From positions 8,796 to 72,795 of the forward strand of contig JAHEHF010000005.1 in the NCBI GenBank assembly GCA_024644745.1: a DNA stretch of 64,000 nt. Direction: 5' to 3'. This stretch comes from Flavobacteriaceae bacterium. Its GTDB lineage: Bacteria > Bacteroidota > Bacteroidia > Flavobacteriales > Flavobacteriaceae. Below are positions 37,602 through 46,396 of the stretch, piece after piece (position 1 is the first letter of the stretch; every line of letters starts with the position of its first letter). The translations under genes and the position numbers were made by a program. The notes beneath the pieces are model-generated. The model searched no databases and was not told the DNA's origin. It was given only the letters and a program-made list of their open reading frames with translations.

Positions 37602-39215
37602 CTAAACCAGCATGGTAACAGGATTCTCTATATATTCTTTCAGAGTCTGAAGGAACAACGCTCCCGTGGCACCATCAACCGTTCTGTGATCACAGGCCAG
37701 GGTCAATTTCATGGTATTACCCACAACAATATTTCCTTCTTTCACCACTGGTTTTTGAACAATGGCTCCCACAGATAAGATTGCAGAATTAGGCTGATTG
37801 ATAATGCTGGTAAAATCTGTAATCCCAAACATACCCAGATTTGAAATGGTAAAAGTACTTCCCTCCATTTCGTCCGGAGCCAGTTTCTTATTTCTGGCTC
37901 TACCGGCAAAATCTTTCACCTGAGCTCCTATTTGAGTGAGGCTCTGTTCATCAGCAAATTTCAATACGGGTACCAAAAGGCCGTCTTCAACTGCAACCGC
38001 GACACCAATGTGTACGTGATGGTTTTTTTTGATCCTGTCATCAAACCACTGTGAGTTGACCTGGGGATGTTGTTTCAGGGCTAGTGCAGTTGCCTTGACA
38101 ACCATATCGTTGAATGATATTTTAGTATCAGGTATTGAGTTGTACTGCGTCCTGAATGCAATAGCATTGTCCATGTCAAATTCTACGTTAAGGTAGTAAT
38201 GGGGAGCTGTGAATTTTGATTCTCCCAATCTTCTGGCAATGACTTTTCTCATTTGAGAATTAGGCACTTCATCAAAGCTTTCCTGGCCGGCAGGCACAAA
38301 AGGTCTTTGTGGTCCTGCTGAAGCTCCAGGCACATAATTTTCTACATCGCGCTTGATGATTCTTCCACCTTCTCCTGTTCCCTGCAATTGGGCCAGGTTA
38401 ATATTTTTTTCAGCGGCTAGTTTTTTTGCCAAAGGGGATGCAACGACCCTGCCATTCGGAGATTTGGCAATTCTCGTAACAGGTTGAGGTGCTGCTTTGT
38501 TTTCGGTTGGTTTTGGCGCTGGGGCAGAGGCTGTTGGTGCAGGTTTGCTATCTGATGCCTTTTGAGGGGCAGCCGACTTGTTCTTTAGGCTTTCCGCCAA
38601 TTTAGAAACATCTGTCCCTTTCTCACCGATAATTGCTAAAACTGAATCCACGCTTGCAGAACTCCCTTCTTCTACACCAATATAAAGTAAGGTTCCATGA
38701 TGAAAAGACTCAAATTCCATAGTAGCCTTGTCGGTTTCGATTTCTGCCAGAATATCACCTTCTTCAACACTGTCTCCAACTTTTTTAAGCCAGTTGGCCA
38801 CAGTTCCTTCGGTCATTGTGTCGCTCAGTCGCGGCATGGTAATCACTTCAACACCTTCCGGTACGGCTACTTCTTCGGCCCCTTGGGTTGCAGGTTTTGA
38901 TTCGGTATTTTCGGCTGCAGCAACAGGTTCTTTTGCCACTTCATCCGACTGCTCCAGCAAACTTTTGAAATCTTCACCTTCTTCCCCAATAACGGCCAAT
39001 AGCGCATCGACACTCGCTGTTTCACCTTCATTTATTCCGATATGAAGTAAGGTTCCTTCATGAAAGGATTCAAATTCCATTGTGGCTTTGTCCGTTTCAA
39101 TTTCCGCAAGAATATCTCCTTCTTCAATCTTGTCCCCAACATGCTTAAGCCATTTGGCCACAACACCTTCTGTCATGGTATCACTTAATCTGGGCATGGT
39201 TATTATTTCAGCCAT
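37602..39215 (-). CDS. Pyruvate dehydrogenase complex dihydrolipoyllysine-residue acetyltransferase (E2) with two lipoyl domains
   Basis: Two lipoyl domains (AEIETDKATMEFES twice), Ala/Pro linkers, a subunit-binding domain (ASPLAKKLAAE) and the catalytic motif CDHRTVDGA. Confidence 0.92.
   Translation of the reverse strand: MAEIITMPRLSDTMTEGVVAKWLKHVGDKIEEGDILAEIETDKATMEFESFHEGTLLHIGINEGETASVDALLAVIGEEGEDFKSLLEQSDEVAKEPVAAAENTESKPATQGAEEVAVPEGVEVITMPRLSDTMTEGTVANWLKKVGDSVEEGDILAEIETDKATMEFESFHHGTLLYIGVEEGSSASVDSVLAIIGEKGTDVSKLAESLKNKSAAPQKASDSKPAPTASAPAPKPTENKAAPQPVTRIAKSPNGRVVASPLAKKLAAEKNINLAQLQGTGEGGRIIKRDVENYVPGASAGPQRPFVPAGQESFDEVPNSQMRKVIARRLGESKFTAPHYYLNVEFDMDNAIAFRTQYNSIPDTKISFNDMVVKATALALKQHPQVNSQWFDDRIKKNHHVHIGVAVAVEDGLLVPVLKFADEQSLTQIGAQVKDFAGRARNKKLAPDEMEGSTFTISNLGMFGITDFTSIINQPNSAILSVGAIVQKPVVKEGNIVVGNTMKLTLACDHRTVDGATGALFLQTLKEYIENPVTMLV
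38622..38843 (-). repeat. Lipoyl-domain repeat unit 2 (internal tandem duplication in E2)
   Basis: Encodes aa 125-198, ITMPRLSDTMTEGTVANWLKKVGD..., near-identical at the protein level to aa 5-78. DNA similarity is also visible as twin antisense ORFs. Confidence 0.85.
38982..39203 (-). repeat. Lipoyl-domain repeat unit 1 (internal tandem duplication in E2)
   Basis: Encodes aa 5-78, ITMPRLSDTMTEGVVAKWLKHVGD.... The offset to unit 2 is 360 nt. Confidence 0.85.
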
Positions 39216-39259
39216 ATTATTTTGTTTTGTGGTATTTTATCTTTTAAGCTTTACAAATG

Positions 39260-40258
39260 TTACAAACGGTGTTTCAGAAAAGGATAATTTTTCTCTTCAT
39301 AAACCATGTCATATAATTGTTGTTTTTCCGGGTACGGTGACTCGTCAGCAAATTTCTCACAGGCTTCCACCTCCATTTTTACATCTGCATTAATTTTTTT
39401 GATCTCTTCGTCATTCAGGTATTTTTTATCTTTGATCACTTCAAGTACCTGGGTGATGGGGTCAATCTTTTTATATTCAGCGACCTCCGCCTTCGTTCTG
39501 TATTTTTGAGCGTCGCTCATGGAATGCCCTCTGTATCGGTATGTTTTCATTTCAAGAAAGTAAGGCCCTTTACCGCTTCTTGCATGCTTTATGGCTTTGT
39601 CCATAGCTTCTGCAACCGCCACAGGATTCATGCCGTCAACGGGTTCACTCGGCATTTCGTAGGCCAAACCAAGTTTCCATATATCGGGGTGATTCGCTGT
39701 TCTTTCAACAGAAGTTCCCATGGCATAACCATTATTCTCGACGATGAATACCACAGGTAAGGTCCAGGCCATGGCCATGTTAAAAGTTTCGTGCAAGGAG
39801 CCCTGTCTGGCCGCCCCATCTCCAAAGTAGGTTATGGTCACGCCGTCACGTCCAAAATATTTGTCGGCAAATGCAATACCGGCACCCAGAGGAATCTGAC
39901 CTCCAACGATGCCATGACCCCCGTAAAAACCTTTTTCCTTGGAAAAAATATGCATCGAGCCACCCATACCATTTGAGGTACCTGTGACCTTTCCGTATAA
40001 TTCGGCCATAACCCTTTTCGGGTCAACGCCCATACCTATCGGCTGCACGTGGTTTCTGTAGGCAGTGATCATTTTGTCTTTTGACAGATCCATGGCGTGC
40101 AATGCCCCTGCAAGCACAGCTTCCTGTCCGTTATATAAATGTAAAAAACCCCTAACTTTTTGTTGAATGTATACTGCCGCAAGTTTGTCCTCAAACTTCC
40201 TCCAAAACAGCATGTCTTTGTACCAATTGATGTAGGTTTCTTTCGTTATTTTTTTCAT
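39260..40258 (-). CDS. pdhA: Pyruvate dehydrogenase (acetyl-transferring) E1 component subunit alpha
   Basis: 332 aa. ThDP-binding motif YFGDGAARQGSLHE...VENNGYAMGT. It lies 44 nt upstream of E2. Confidence 0.92.
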   Translation of the reverse strand: MKKITKETYINWYKDMLFWRKFEDKLAAVYIQQKVRGFLHLYNGQEAVLAGALHAMDLSKDKMITAYRNHVQPIGMGVDPKRVMAELYGKVTGTSNGMGGSMHIFSKEKGFYGGHGIVGGQIPLGAGIAFADKYFGRDGVTITYFGDGAARQGSLHETFNMAMAWTLPVVFIVENNGYAMGTSVERTANHPDIWKLGLAYEMPSEPVDGMNPVAVAEAMDKAIKHARSGKGPYFLEMKTYRYRGHSMSDAQKYRTKAEVAEYKKIDPITQVLEVIKDKKYLNDEEIKKINADVKMEVEACEKFADESPYPEKQQLYDMVYEEKNYPFLKHRL

Positions 40259-40284
40259 TTGTATTTAAAATTTTTTCGGAATGG

Positions 40285-40292
40285 CAAAAATA
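40285..40292 (-). promoter_or_regulatory. -7 promoter box TAttTTTG for pdhA-E2
   Basis: caaaaata on the + strand is TATTTTTG on the - strand, 26 nt before the pdhA ATG. Confidence 0.45.
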
Positions 40293-40310
40293 CAATTTTT
40301 TTACCTAATT

Positions 40311-40383
40311 GAATTCTAATTAAATCATCTAAATTCAAGAATTCTTAACAATTCGGAATTCACTTTCCTTAAATTTCGAATTC
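40311..40383. promoter_or_regulatory. Array of four GAATTC palindromes upstream of the pdhA promoter (candidate operator sites)
   Basis: GAATTC at 40311, 40339, 40356 and 40378. The second site sits in the 10-bp palindrome aagaattctt. The last two share GAATTCAC with 22-nt spacing. Confidence 0.3.
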
Positions 40384-40420
40384 ACGAAGGCACTATTTTA
40401 TTTGCAGTTCCGGATCTTTT

Positions 40421-43264
40421 TTATTCCATATAAGCTTCAATGGGATTGCATGAACAAACAAGGTTTCTGTCTCCATAGGCCTCGTCAACTCTCCTGACGG
40501 TGGGCCAGTATTTATTGTCTTTCACAAAATCCAGGGCATATGCAGCATCTTTTCTGCTGTAGGCATAGTTCCAGTCATCACTGGTCAGCATGGCCTGGGT
40601 ATGCGGTGCATTTTTAAGGACACTGTCTCCGCCGTCGTATTGATCAATTTCATTTTTGATCTGGATCAGTGCGTCGGCAAACCTGTCGATTTCCTGTTTA
40701 TTCTCACTCTCTGTGGGTTCAATCATGAGGGTGCCTGCCACCGGAAACGAGACGGTGGGAGCATGAAATCCGAAATCCATCAGTCTTTTGGCAATGTCTG
40801 TCACCTCTATACCTTTGGCCTTGAATTCTCTGAAGTCAACAATCATTTCATGGGCAGCAAACCCTTTTTCTCCCGCATACAGGATCTTGTAATGCTTTTC
40901 CAAACGGGCTTTCAAATAATTGGCATTTAATATGGCGGTCTCCGTAGACTTTGTCAATCCCTCGCTTCCAAGCATCTTGATATAACTGTAAGAGATCAGA
41001 TCAACCATTGCAGATCCGAAAGGTGCTGCGGAGATTGCATGAATGGCTTCACTTCCTCCTGTCTTGATGACCGGATTTGAAGGTAAAAATTTCACAAGGT
41101 GTTCGGCCACGCAAATGGGACCAACTCCTGGTCCGCCACCTCCATGAGGAATGGCAAAGGTTTTGTGCAAATTCAAATGGCAGACATCAGCTCCTATCCT
41201 TGCCGGATTTGTAAGACCTACCTGGGCATTCATATTGGCTCCGTCCATGTATACCTGACCACCGTTTTCGTGTATGATCGAGGTAATTTCACGAATCGCT
41301 GATTCAAAAACCCCATGTGTAGAAGGGTAGGTCACCATAAGGGCAGCAAGCTGATCTTTGTGCAGCATTGCTTTTTCTCTCAGGTCATCAAGGTCGATAT
41401 TTCCCGATTCAGAGGTTTTGGTCACAACAACTTTCATTCCTGCCATGACGGCTGAAGCGGGATTTGTTCCGTGTGCCGAAGAGGGGATCAGACAAATATT
41501 GCGGTGCCCCTCCTTATTTGATTTATGAAAGGCTCTGATCACCATAAGTCCTGCATACTCTCCCTGAGCGCCTGAGTTGGGTTGAAGGGAGGTCCCTGCA
41601 AAACCTGTGATTTCGTTGAGCTGTGCCTCAAGACCCTTGAGCATTTCATGATAGCCCTGAGCCTGGTCCACGGGTACAAAAGGATGGATTGAATTCCAGT
41701 TGCTCATGCTCAATGGAAGCATTTCAGTGGCGGCATTCAGTTTCATGGTACATGATCCGAGAGATATCATAGAATCGGCCAAAGAGATGTCTTTCCTTTC
41801 CAGCCTTTTGATATAGCGCATCATTTCGGTTTCTGAATGGTAATTTTTAAATACCTCATGGGTCAAATAGGCCGTTTTGCGCTGCAAATTTTCCGGTATG
41901 GACAGGCTGACCGGACATTCGGTGATTTTAAAGGAGTACAAGTTTTCAGCCTGAGCCAGAATGGCAATGATCTCCTCAATATCAGCTTCGGTCGTTGTTT
42001 CGTTGATTGAAATACTGATGGTTGAGTCATCAATATAATTGAAATTGACCTCTTTTGATTCTGCCAGACTTTTAAGTTTTTCAGTATTTGACACTTTGAT
42101 TTTCAAGGTGTCAAAAAATGCCTCGTTTTCCTGGCTGAGGCCAAGTTTTAGAAGGGCACCGTCGAGGATATTGGTCAGCGAGTGAATTTGTCTTGCAATG
42201 TACTTGATTCCTTCTCCTCCATGATATACGGCATACATTCCTGCCATTACGGCCAAAAGTACCTGTGCCGTACAAATGTTCGAGGTGGCTCTTTCACGCT
42301 TTATGTGTTGCTCCCTGGTTTGAAGCGCCATTCTGAGAGCTCTGTTACCATCCTGATCTACGGTGACACCGATGATCCTTCCGGGAATCAATCTTTTATA
42401 GTCGTCATGTGTTGCGAAATAGGCTGCATGAGGTCCTCCAAAACCAAGGGGAATTCCAAATCGCTGTGTGGTTCCCACGGCAACATCCGCACCCATCGCA
42501 GCCGGCGATTTTAAAATGGCCAGACTTAAAAGATCAGCTGCCACAACGGCTTTGATGTCAAGTTGATGCGCCTGATCAATAAATTCACTGTAATCGTGAA
42601 CTTTTCCCTCTTTTCCGGGATACTGAACAATACAGCCATAATACTCTGATGTGAGGAGGATGTTTTCATGATCTCCATGAACCAATTCAATTCCGAGGGG
42701 TTCTGCCCTGGTGATTAAGATATCCCTGGTTTGCGGCAAAACTTCTTTGGAAACAAAAAATTTAACAGCTCCTGACTTCTTTTGATCTCTGCTTCTTCCG
42801 TTCCAAAGCATGATCATGGCCTCTGCTGCTGCCGTTCCTTCATCGAGTAGAGAAGAATTTGCCAAAGGCAGTCCTGTAAGATCAGTGATGACCGTTTGAA
42901 AATTAAGCAATGCTTCAAGTCTTCCCTGTGATATTTCTGCCTGGTAGGGGGTGTAGGAAGTATACCAGCTTGGATTTTCAAAAATATTTCTCTGAATTAC
43001 CGCGGGAAGGGTAGTGGGATGATAGCCCAGACCAATATATGACTTGAACTGCTTGTTCTTATTGCCCAGTTTCTGAATATGAGACGCAAATTCATTCTCG
43101 CTCATGGCTTCCGGTAAATTCAATACATTCTTTAAGAGAATATCATCTGGTATGGTATTGTAAATAAGTTCGTTAAGTGATTTGACACCGATGGTTTTCA
43201 GCATTTCATCTACTTCCTGATGGTTTGGGCCCAGGTGGCGCAAAACGAAAGAATCTGTTCGCAT
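40421..43264 (-). CDS. gcvP: Glycine dehydrogenase (aminomethyl-transferring), single-chain P protein
   Basis: About 947 aa starting MRTDSFVLRHLGP (ATG 43264). The PLP-lysine region NLHKTF is present. The longer ORF-track start would overlap the -7 box. Confidence 0.95.
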   Translation of the reverse strand: MRTDSFVLRHLGPNHQEVDEMLKTIGVKSLNELIYNTIPDDILLKNVLNLPEAMSENEFASHIQKLGNKNKQFKSYIGLGYHPTTLPAVIQRNIFENPSWYTSYTPYQAEISQGRLEALLNFQTVITDLTGLPLANSSLLDEGTAAAEAMIMLWNGRSRDQKKSGAVKFFVSKEVLPQTRDILITRAEPLGIELVHGDHENILLTSEYYGCIVQYPGKEGKVHDYSEFIDQAHQLDIKAVVAADLLSLAILKSPAAMGADVAVGTTQRFGIPLGFGGPHAAYFATHDDYKRLIPGRIIGVTVDQDGNRALRMALQTREQHIKRERATSNICTAQVLLAVMAGMYAVYHGGEGIKYIARQIHSLTNILDGALLKLGLSQENEAFFDTLKIKVSNTEKLKSLAESKEVNFNYIDDSTISISINETTTEADIEEIIAILAQAENLYSFKITECPVSLSIPENLQRKTAYLTHEVFKNYHSETEMMRYIKRLERKDISLADSMISLGSCTMKLNAATEMLPLSMSNWNSIHPFVPVDQAQGYHEMLKGLEAQLNEITGFAGTSLQPNSGAQGEYAGLMVIRAFHKSNKEGHRNICLIPSSAHGTNPASAVMAGMKVVVTKTSESGNIDLDDLREKAMLHKDQLAALMVTYPSTHGVFESAIREITSIIHENGGQVYMDGANMNAQVGLTNPARIGADVCHLNLHKTFAIPHGGGGPGVGPICVAEHLVKFLPSNPVIKTGGSEAIHAISAAPFGSAMVDLISYSYIKMLGSEGLTKSTETAILNANYLKARLEKHYKILYAGEKGFAAHEMIVDFREFKAKGIEVTDIAKRLMDFGFHAPTVSFPVAGTLMIEPTESENKQEIDRFADALIQIKNEIDQYDGGDSVLKNAPHTQAMLTSDDWNYAYSRKDAAYALDFVKDNKYWPTVRRVDEAYGDRNLVCSCNPIEAYME

Positions 43265-43287
43265 AATATATGTTTGTTTAAGGACCA

Positions 43288-43295
43288 CAAAAATA
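43288..43295 (-). promoter_or_regulatory. -7 promoter box TAttTTTG for gcvP
   Basis: caaaaata on the + strand is TATTTTTG on the - strand, 23 nt before the ATG at 43264. Confidence 0.45.
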
Positions 43296-43379
43296 CTTAA
43301 TTTAAACGAAACTGATCACGAAATGAAAATGAATACAAGCTAAAAATTTTAGTTATTTTTATAATTTGTATTTCAGAAA

Positions 43380-44201
43380 ATGGGTCTTTTCAAAAGGTGG
43401 TTCAGTTTTTATGTATTTGGTAACATTCATGTGGGTCTGGCTGCCTATTGTTTGACTCAGATCACATTGGCTGAATATTCAGTTGTCAATGGTTCACTTC
43501 CTGCTTTTGTGTTCTTTTCCACAATTCTGGCCTATAATTTTATCAGGGTCTTTCAGATCGATCGCATCAATGGTATGATCGCTGCCTGGATTCATTCCAA
43601 CAAGAGGGCCTTGGTCCTGCTCAATGCCTGTTGCTTAGTTTTGGTGATTTACTTTTCTCTGGATTTTGATCTTTATGAGTTGTTGATCTTGTTGCCTTTT
43701 TTACTGACAAGTGTTTTTTATGTTGTTCCCGTGTCGCCAAATATTCCCGGTCTGCGAAATATACCGGGATTGAAGTTGTTTTTGATCTCATTTACATGGG
43801 CAGGTGTTACTTTGTATTTCCCCTTGTTTGTTTCCGGTTTACAGGATATGGAAGGATTATGGATGGTTTTTATGCAAAGGCTGCTCTTTATTATGGCCAT
43901 CACCATTCCTTTTGACATTAGGGATGCACAATTTGATTTCCCTGATCTAAAGACAGTTCCTCAGTTGATCGGAATTAACAATTCGAAATGGTTCGCCATT
44001 GCGGCCATGATCATTTTTGTTCTGCTTGAACTTTCAAAGAATGAACCCACGACAGCTTTTTTCGCTATTTCTGTCGTCATAGCCTCGGTATCAATTGTAT
44101 CGATTCTTTTCGCAAGTGATCGGCAAAATCGTTTCTACAGCAGTTTTTGGGTTGAAAGTATCCCCGTGTTATGGTATCTGTTACTGGTCATCTTCAGTTG
44201 A
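43380..44201 (+). CDS. Polytopic membrane protein, possibly UbiA-type prenyltransferase-like
   Basis: 273 aa with about 8 TM segments. FDIRDAQFD resembles the second Asp-rich UbiA motif; the first motif (YNFIRVFQID) looks degenerate. Contains the in-frame duplication NIPGLRNIPGL. Confidence 0.35.
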   Translation: MGLFKRWFSFYVFGNIHVGLAAYCLTQITLAEYSVVNGSLPAFVFFSTILAYNFIRVFQIDRINGMIAAWIHSNKRALVLLNACCLVLVIYFSLDFDLYELLILLPFLLTSVFYVVPVSPNIPGLRNIPGLKLFLISFTWAGVTLYFPLFVSGLQDMEGLWMVFMQRLLFIMAITIPFDIRDAQFDFPDLKTVPQLIGINNSKWFAIAAMIIFVLLELSKNEPTTAFFAISVVIASVSIVSILFASDRQNRFYSSFWVESIPVLWYLLLVIFS

Positions 44202-44402
44202 TCTGTGCACAAGGGGAAAATGTCCAGTTTTTCATCCGCATAAAATCTGATGGTGGCATGCTAAAATCTTAGTGTAGTCATACTATGTCAGAACACAATT
44301 AGATGTACGTGACTCAGATAATGACACAGAACTGCATCTATAGTCTGTTAAAAATCAGACATAGGGCAAGGTATCCTCTTTAAATGAAGTAATTGAATTG
44401 TT

Positions 44403-45176
44403 TTAAGAAAAATATTTAGACATTTTTTTCTTTTCTTCTTCAGCCAGTTGTGAATCAATCAAAATACGACCACTGTGTTCATCAGTTATGATTTTTTTAC
44501 GGGTTGCAATCTCAACCTGACGCTGCGGCGGAATGGTAAAGAAAGATCCCCCTGAGGCACCTCTTTCAATGGTAACTACGGCCAATCCGTTTCTGACATT
44601 GGTCCTGATCTTGTGATAAGCTTTGAGAAGCCTATCGTCAATCATTTTACTGTATTCGTCCGACTTTTTATGAAGCAGCTCTTCCTCTTTGACCGTTTCT
44701 TCAAGAATGGCATTCAATTCATCCTGCTTGTGCTTCAAATGTGTTTCCTTCTCTTTTATTTTTTCTTTTGCCGCTTCAATGATCTCGTTCTTTTGAGTGA
44801 TCTTGGCTTCAAATTCTCTTATGTGTTTTTCAGCCAACTGAATTTCCAGGTCCTGGTATTCAATTTCTTTGGAAATAGAGTCAAACTCTCTGTTATTTCT
44901 AACATTTTTCTGCTGTTCAAGGTATTTTTTGGTCAATGCCTTGGCTTCCTCAATATTATTTTTCTTGTTGGCTATAGAGGTTTCAAGGTTTTCAATGTCA
45001 GTACTAAAATTGTTGAGCCTGGTTTGTAAACCTTCAATCTCGTCTTCAAGGTCATTTACTTCCAAAGGTAATTCCCCTCTTGTATTACGGATCTCATCGA
45101 TTCTTGAATCAATCAGCTGCAAGTCATATAGAGCTCTTAATTTTTCTTCAACTGTAACCTCTTTCTTTTTTGTCAT
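44403..45176 (-). CDS. COG1579/DUF164-type coiled-coil protein with a cysteine-free (degenerate) zinc-ribbon tail
   Basis: 257 aa. Long coiled coil, then GASGGSFFTIPPQRQVEIATRKKIITDEHSGRILID, which aligns with the usual C..C...C..C ribbon. It lies 2 nt downstream of the Nif3 gene. Confidence 0.7.
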   Translation of the reverse strand: MTKKKEVTVEEKLRALYDLQLIDSRIDEIRNTRGELPLEVNDLEDEIEGLQTRLNNFSTDIENLETSIANKKNNIEEAKALTKKYLEQQKNVRNNREFDSISKEIEYQDLEIQLAEKHIREFEAKITQKNEIIEAAKEKIKEKETHLKHKQDELNAILEETVKEEELLHKKSDEYSKMIDDRLLKAYHKIRTNVRNGLAVVTIERGASGGSFFTIPPQRQVEIATRKKIITDEHSGRILIDSQLAEEEKKKMSKYFS

Positions 45177-45178
45177 CT

Positions 45179-46297
45179 CTAAAAATAATTGATAGGATTT
45201 GTATTGTTTTTTGATATAATAATCCTGCCTCCCAGTAAGGCAGGTGCAAAATTAGTAATTTTTTTTGTAAGATAGTCCACTAAAAGATTTTTTGTAAACT
45301 GTTCACTTTCATAATGCCCGATATCAGCTAATATAACCTTTCCTTCTGCTTTATAGAATTCGTGGTACTTCAGGTCAGCCGTGACAAATATATCTGCTCC
45401 GGCTGCTATTGCCTTTTCTATGGCAAAACTGCCCGAGCCCCCCAGAACAGCTACGCGTTTAATTTTCTTATGGATCAGATCAGAATGCCTGATGGTTTTT
45501 GAATGAAAGACTTTTTTGAGTTGGTTCATGAAGGCTGTGGCCTCCATTTCCTTTTTCAGTTCACCGATCATTCCCATACCAATTTTTTCGTGGACATTGT
45601 CGAGTCCTACAATATCATAGGCAACTTCCTCATAGGGATGTGAATTCAGAAGGGCCTTCATGAGTTTTGATTCATTATGTTTTTCGAAGATCACACTGAT
45701 GAAGATTTCCCTGACCCGTTCCAAATGCCCCTTTTTGCCAATCAGGGGATCTGCTTCTTCATTACCCAGGTAAGTGCCCTCTCCACTCATATTAAAACTG
45801 CAGTGGCTGTAATTGCCAATATTGCCCGCACCGGCATTAAACAGGGCCTCCCGAATTTCATCGGCAGCACTTTGAGGGGCATAGGTTGTCAGCTTTTTGA
45901 GGTGGCCACTTTGGGGCATCAGGATCTTATTATTGACAAGGCCAAGGACTTCAGCCATTTTGGCCGACACCCCGTAAAAGGAATTATCAAGCGCCGTGTG
46001 CATGGCGTAGATCGCGATGTCGTATTTAATGGCCTTGATCACAACCCTTTCCACATAATTTTTCCCGTTCAGTTTTTTGAGTCCCTTAAAGATGATTGGG
46101 TGAAAGCTTACAATGAGATTGCAGTTGTTTTCGATGGCTTCGTCAACAGTTGCTTCAAGGCAGTCCAGGGTAACGAGTACCCCTGATACTGTTTGCTCCT
46201 TATTGCCTACCAGGAGGCCCACATTATCAAATCCTTCGGCATAGGTCAAAGGGCATAATTTTTCAATTTCTTCAGTTACGTTTCTTACCTTGATCAT
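45179..46297 (-). CDS. Nif3-like dinuclear metal centre protein (GTP cyclohydrolase 1 type 2 homologue)
   Basis: 372 aa. N-terminal AEGFDNVGLLVG, HPIIFKG, and C-terminal ADIGHYESE, with an inserted PII-like middle domain. Confidence 0.85.
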   Translation of the reverse strand: MIKVRNVTEEIEKLCPLTYAEGFDNVGLLVGNKEQTVSGVLVTLDCLEATVDEAIENNCNLIVSFHPIIFKGLKKLNGKNYVERVVIKAIKYDIAIYAMHTALDNSFYGVSAKMAEVLGLVNNKILMPQSGHLKKLTTYAPQSAADEIREALFNAGAGNIGNYSHCSFNMSGEGTYLGNEEADPLIGKKGHLERVREIFISVIFEKHNESKLMKALLNSHPYEEVAYDIVGLDNVHEKIGMGMIGELKKEMEATAFMNQLKKVFHSKTIRHSDLIHKKIKRVAVLGGSGSFAIEKAIAAGADIFVTADLKYHEFYKAEGKVILADIGHYESEQFTKNLLVDYLTKKITNFAPALLGGRIIISKNNTNPINYF

Positions 46298-46396
46298 GAT
46301 TTATCTTGATTTATCTGTCAAATGCAATAATGCAGGATACAGTTTTTACTTTGGTTAAAATCGACATTATTTTTTAAAAATCAACTCGGTTTTGTC

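Noticed and set aside
37602-40258. PDH operon appears to lack an E1 beta subunit gene, with pdhA followed directly by E2.
   Set aside because: As I recall, E1 beta is commonly encoded elsewhere in Flavobacteriia genomes. Absence from this window is not evidence of absence from the genome, and it cannot be judged here.
43265-43379. Possible glycine riboswitch upstream of gcvP.
   Set aside because: The leader implied by the -7 box is only about 20 nt. The AT-rich spacer shows none of the conserved GGAGAG / CACCG / GGGGCAA-type glycine riboswitch elements on the - strand.
43740-43772. In-frame tandem pentapeptide duplication NIPGL-R-NIPGL in the UbiA-like membrane protein.
   Set aside because: The two copies have diverged at synonymous sites (aatattcccggtctg versus aatataccgggattg). 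It is therefore an old, tolerated loop duplication rather than a recent slippage or assembly artefact.
44202-44402. rnpB (RNase P RNA) downstream of the Nif3 / zinc-ribbon pair, as seen in some other phyla.
   Set aside because: The spacer is too short (201 nt) and lacks the GAGGAAAGUCC P4 motif. The ACAGAAC at about 44328 does not extend into the conserved 3' P4 strand.
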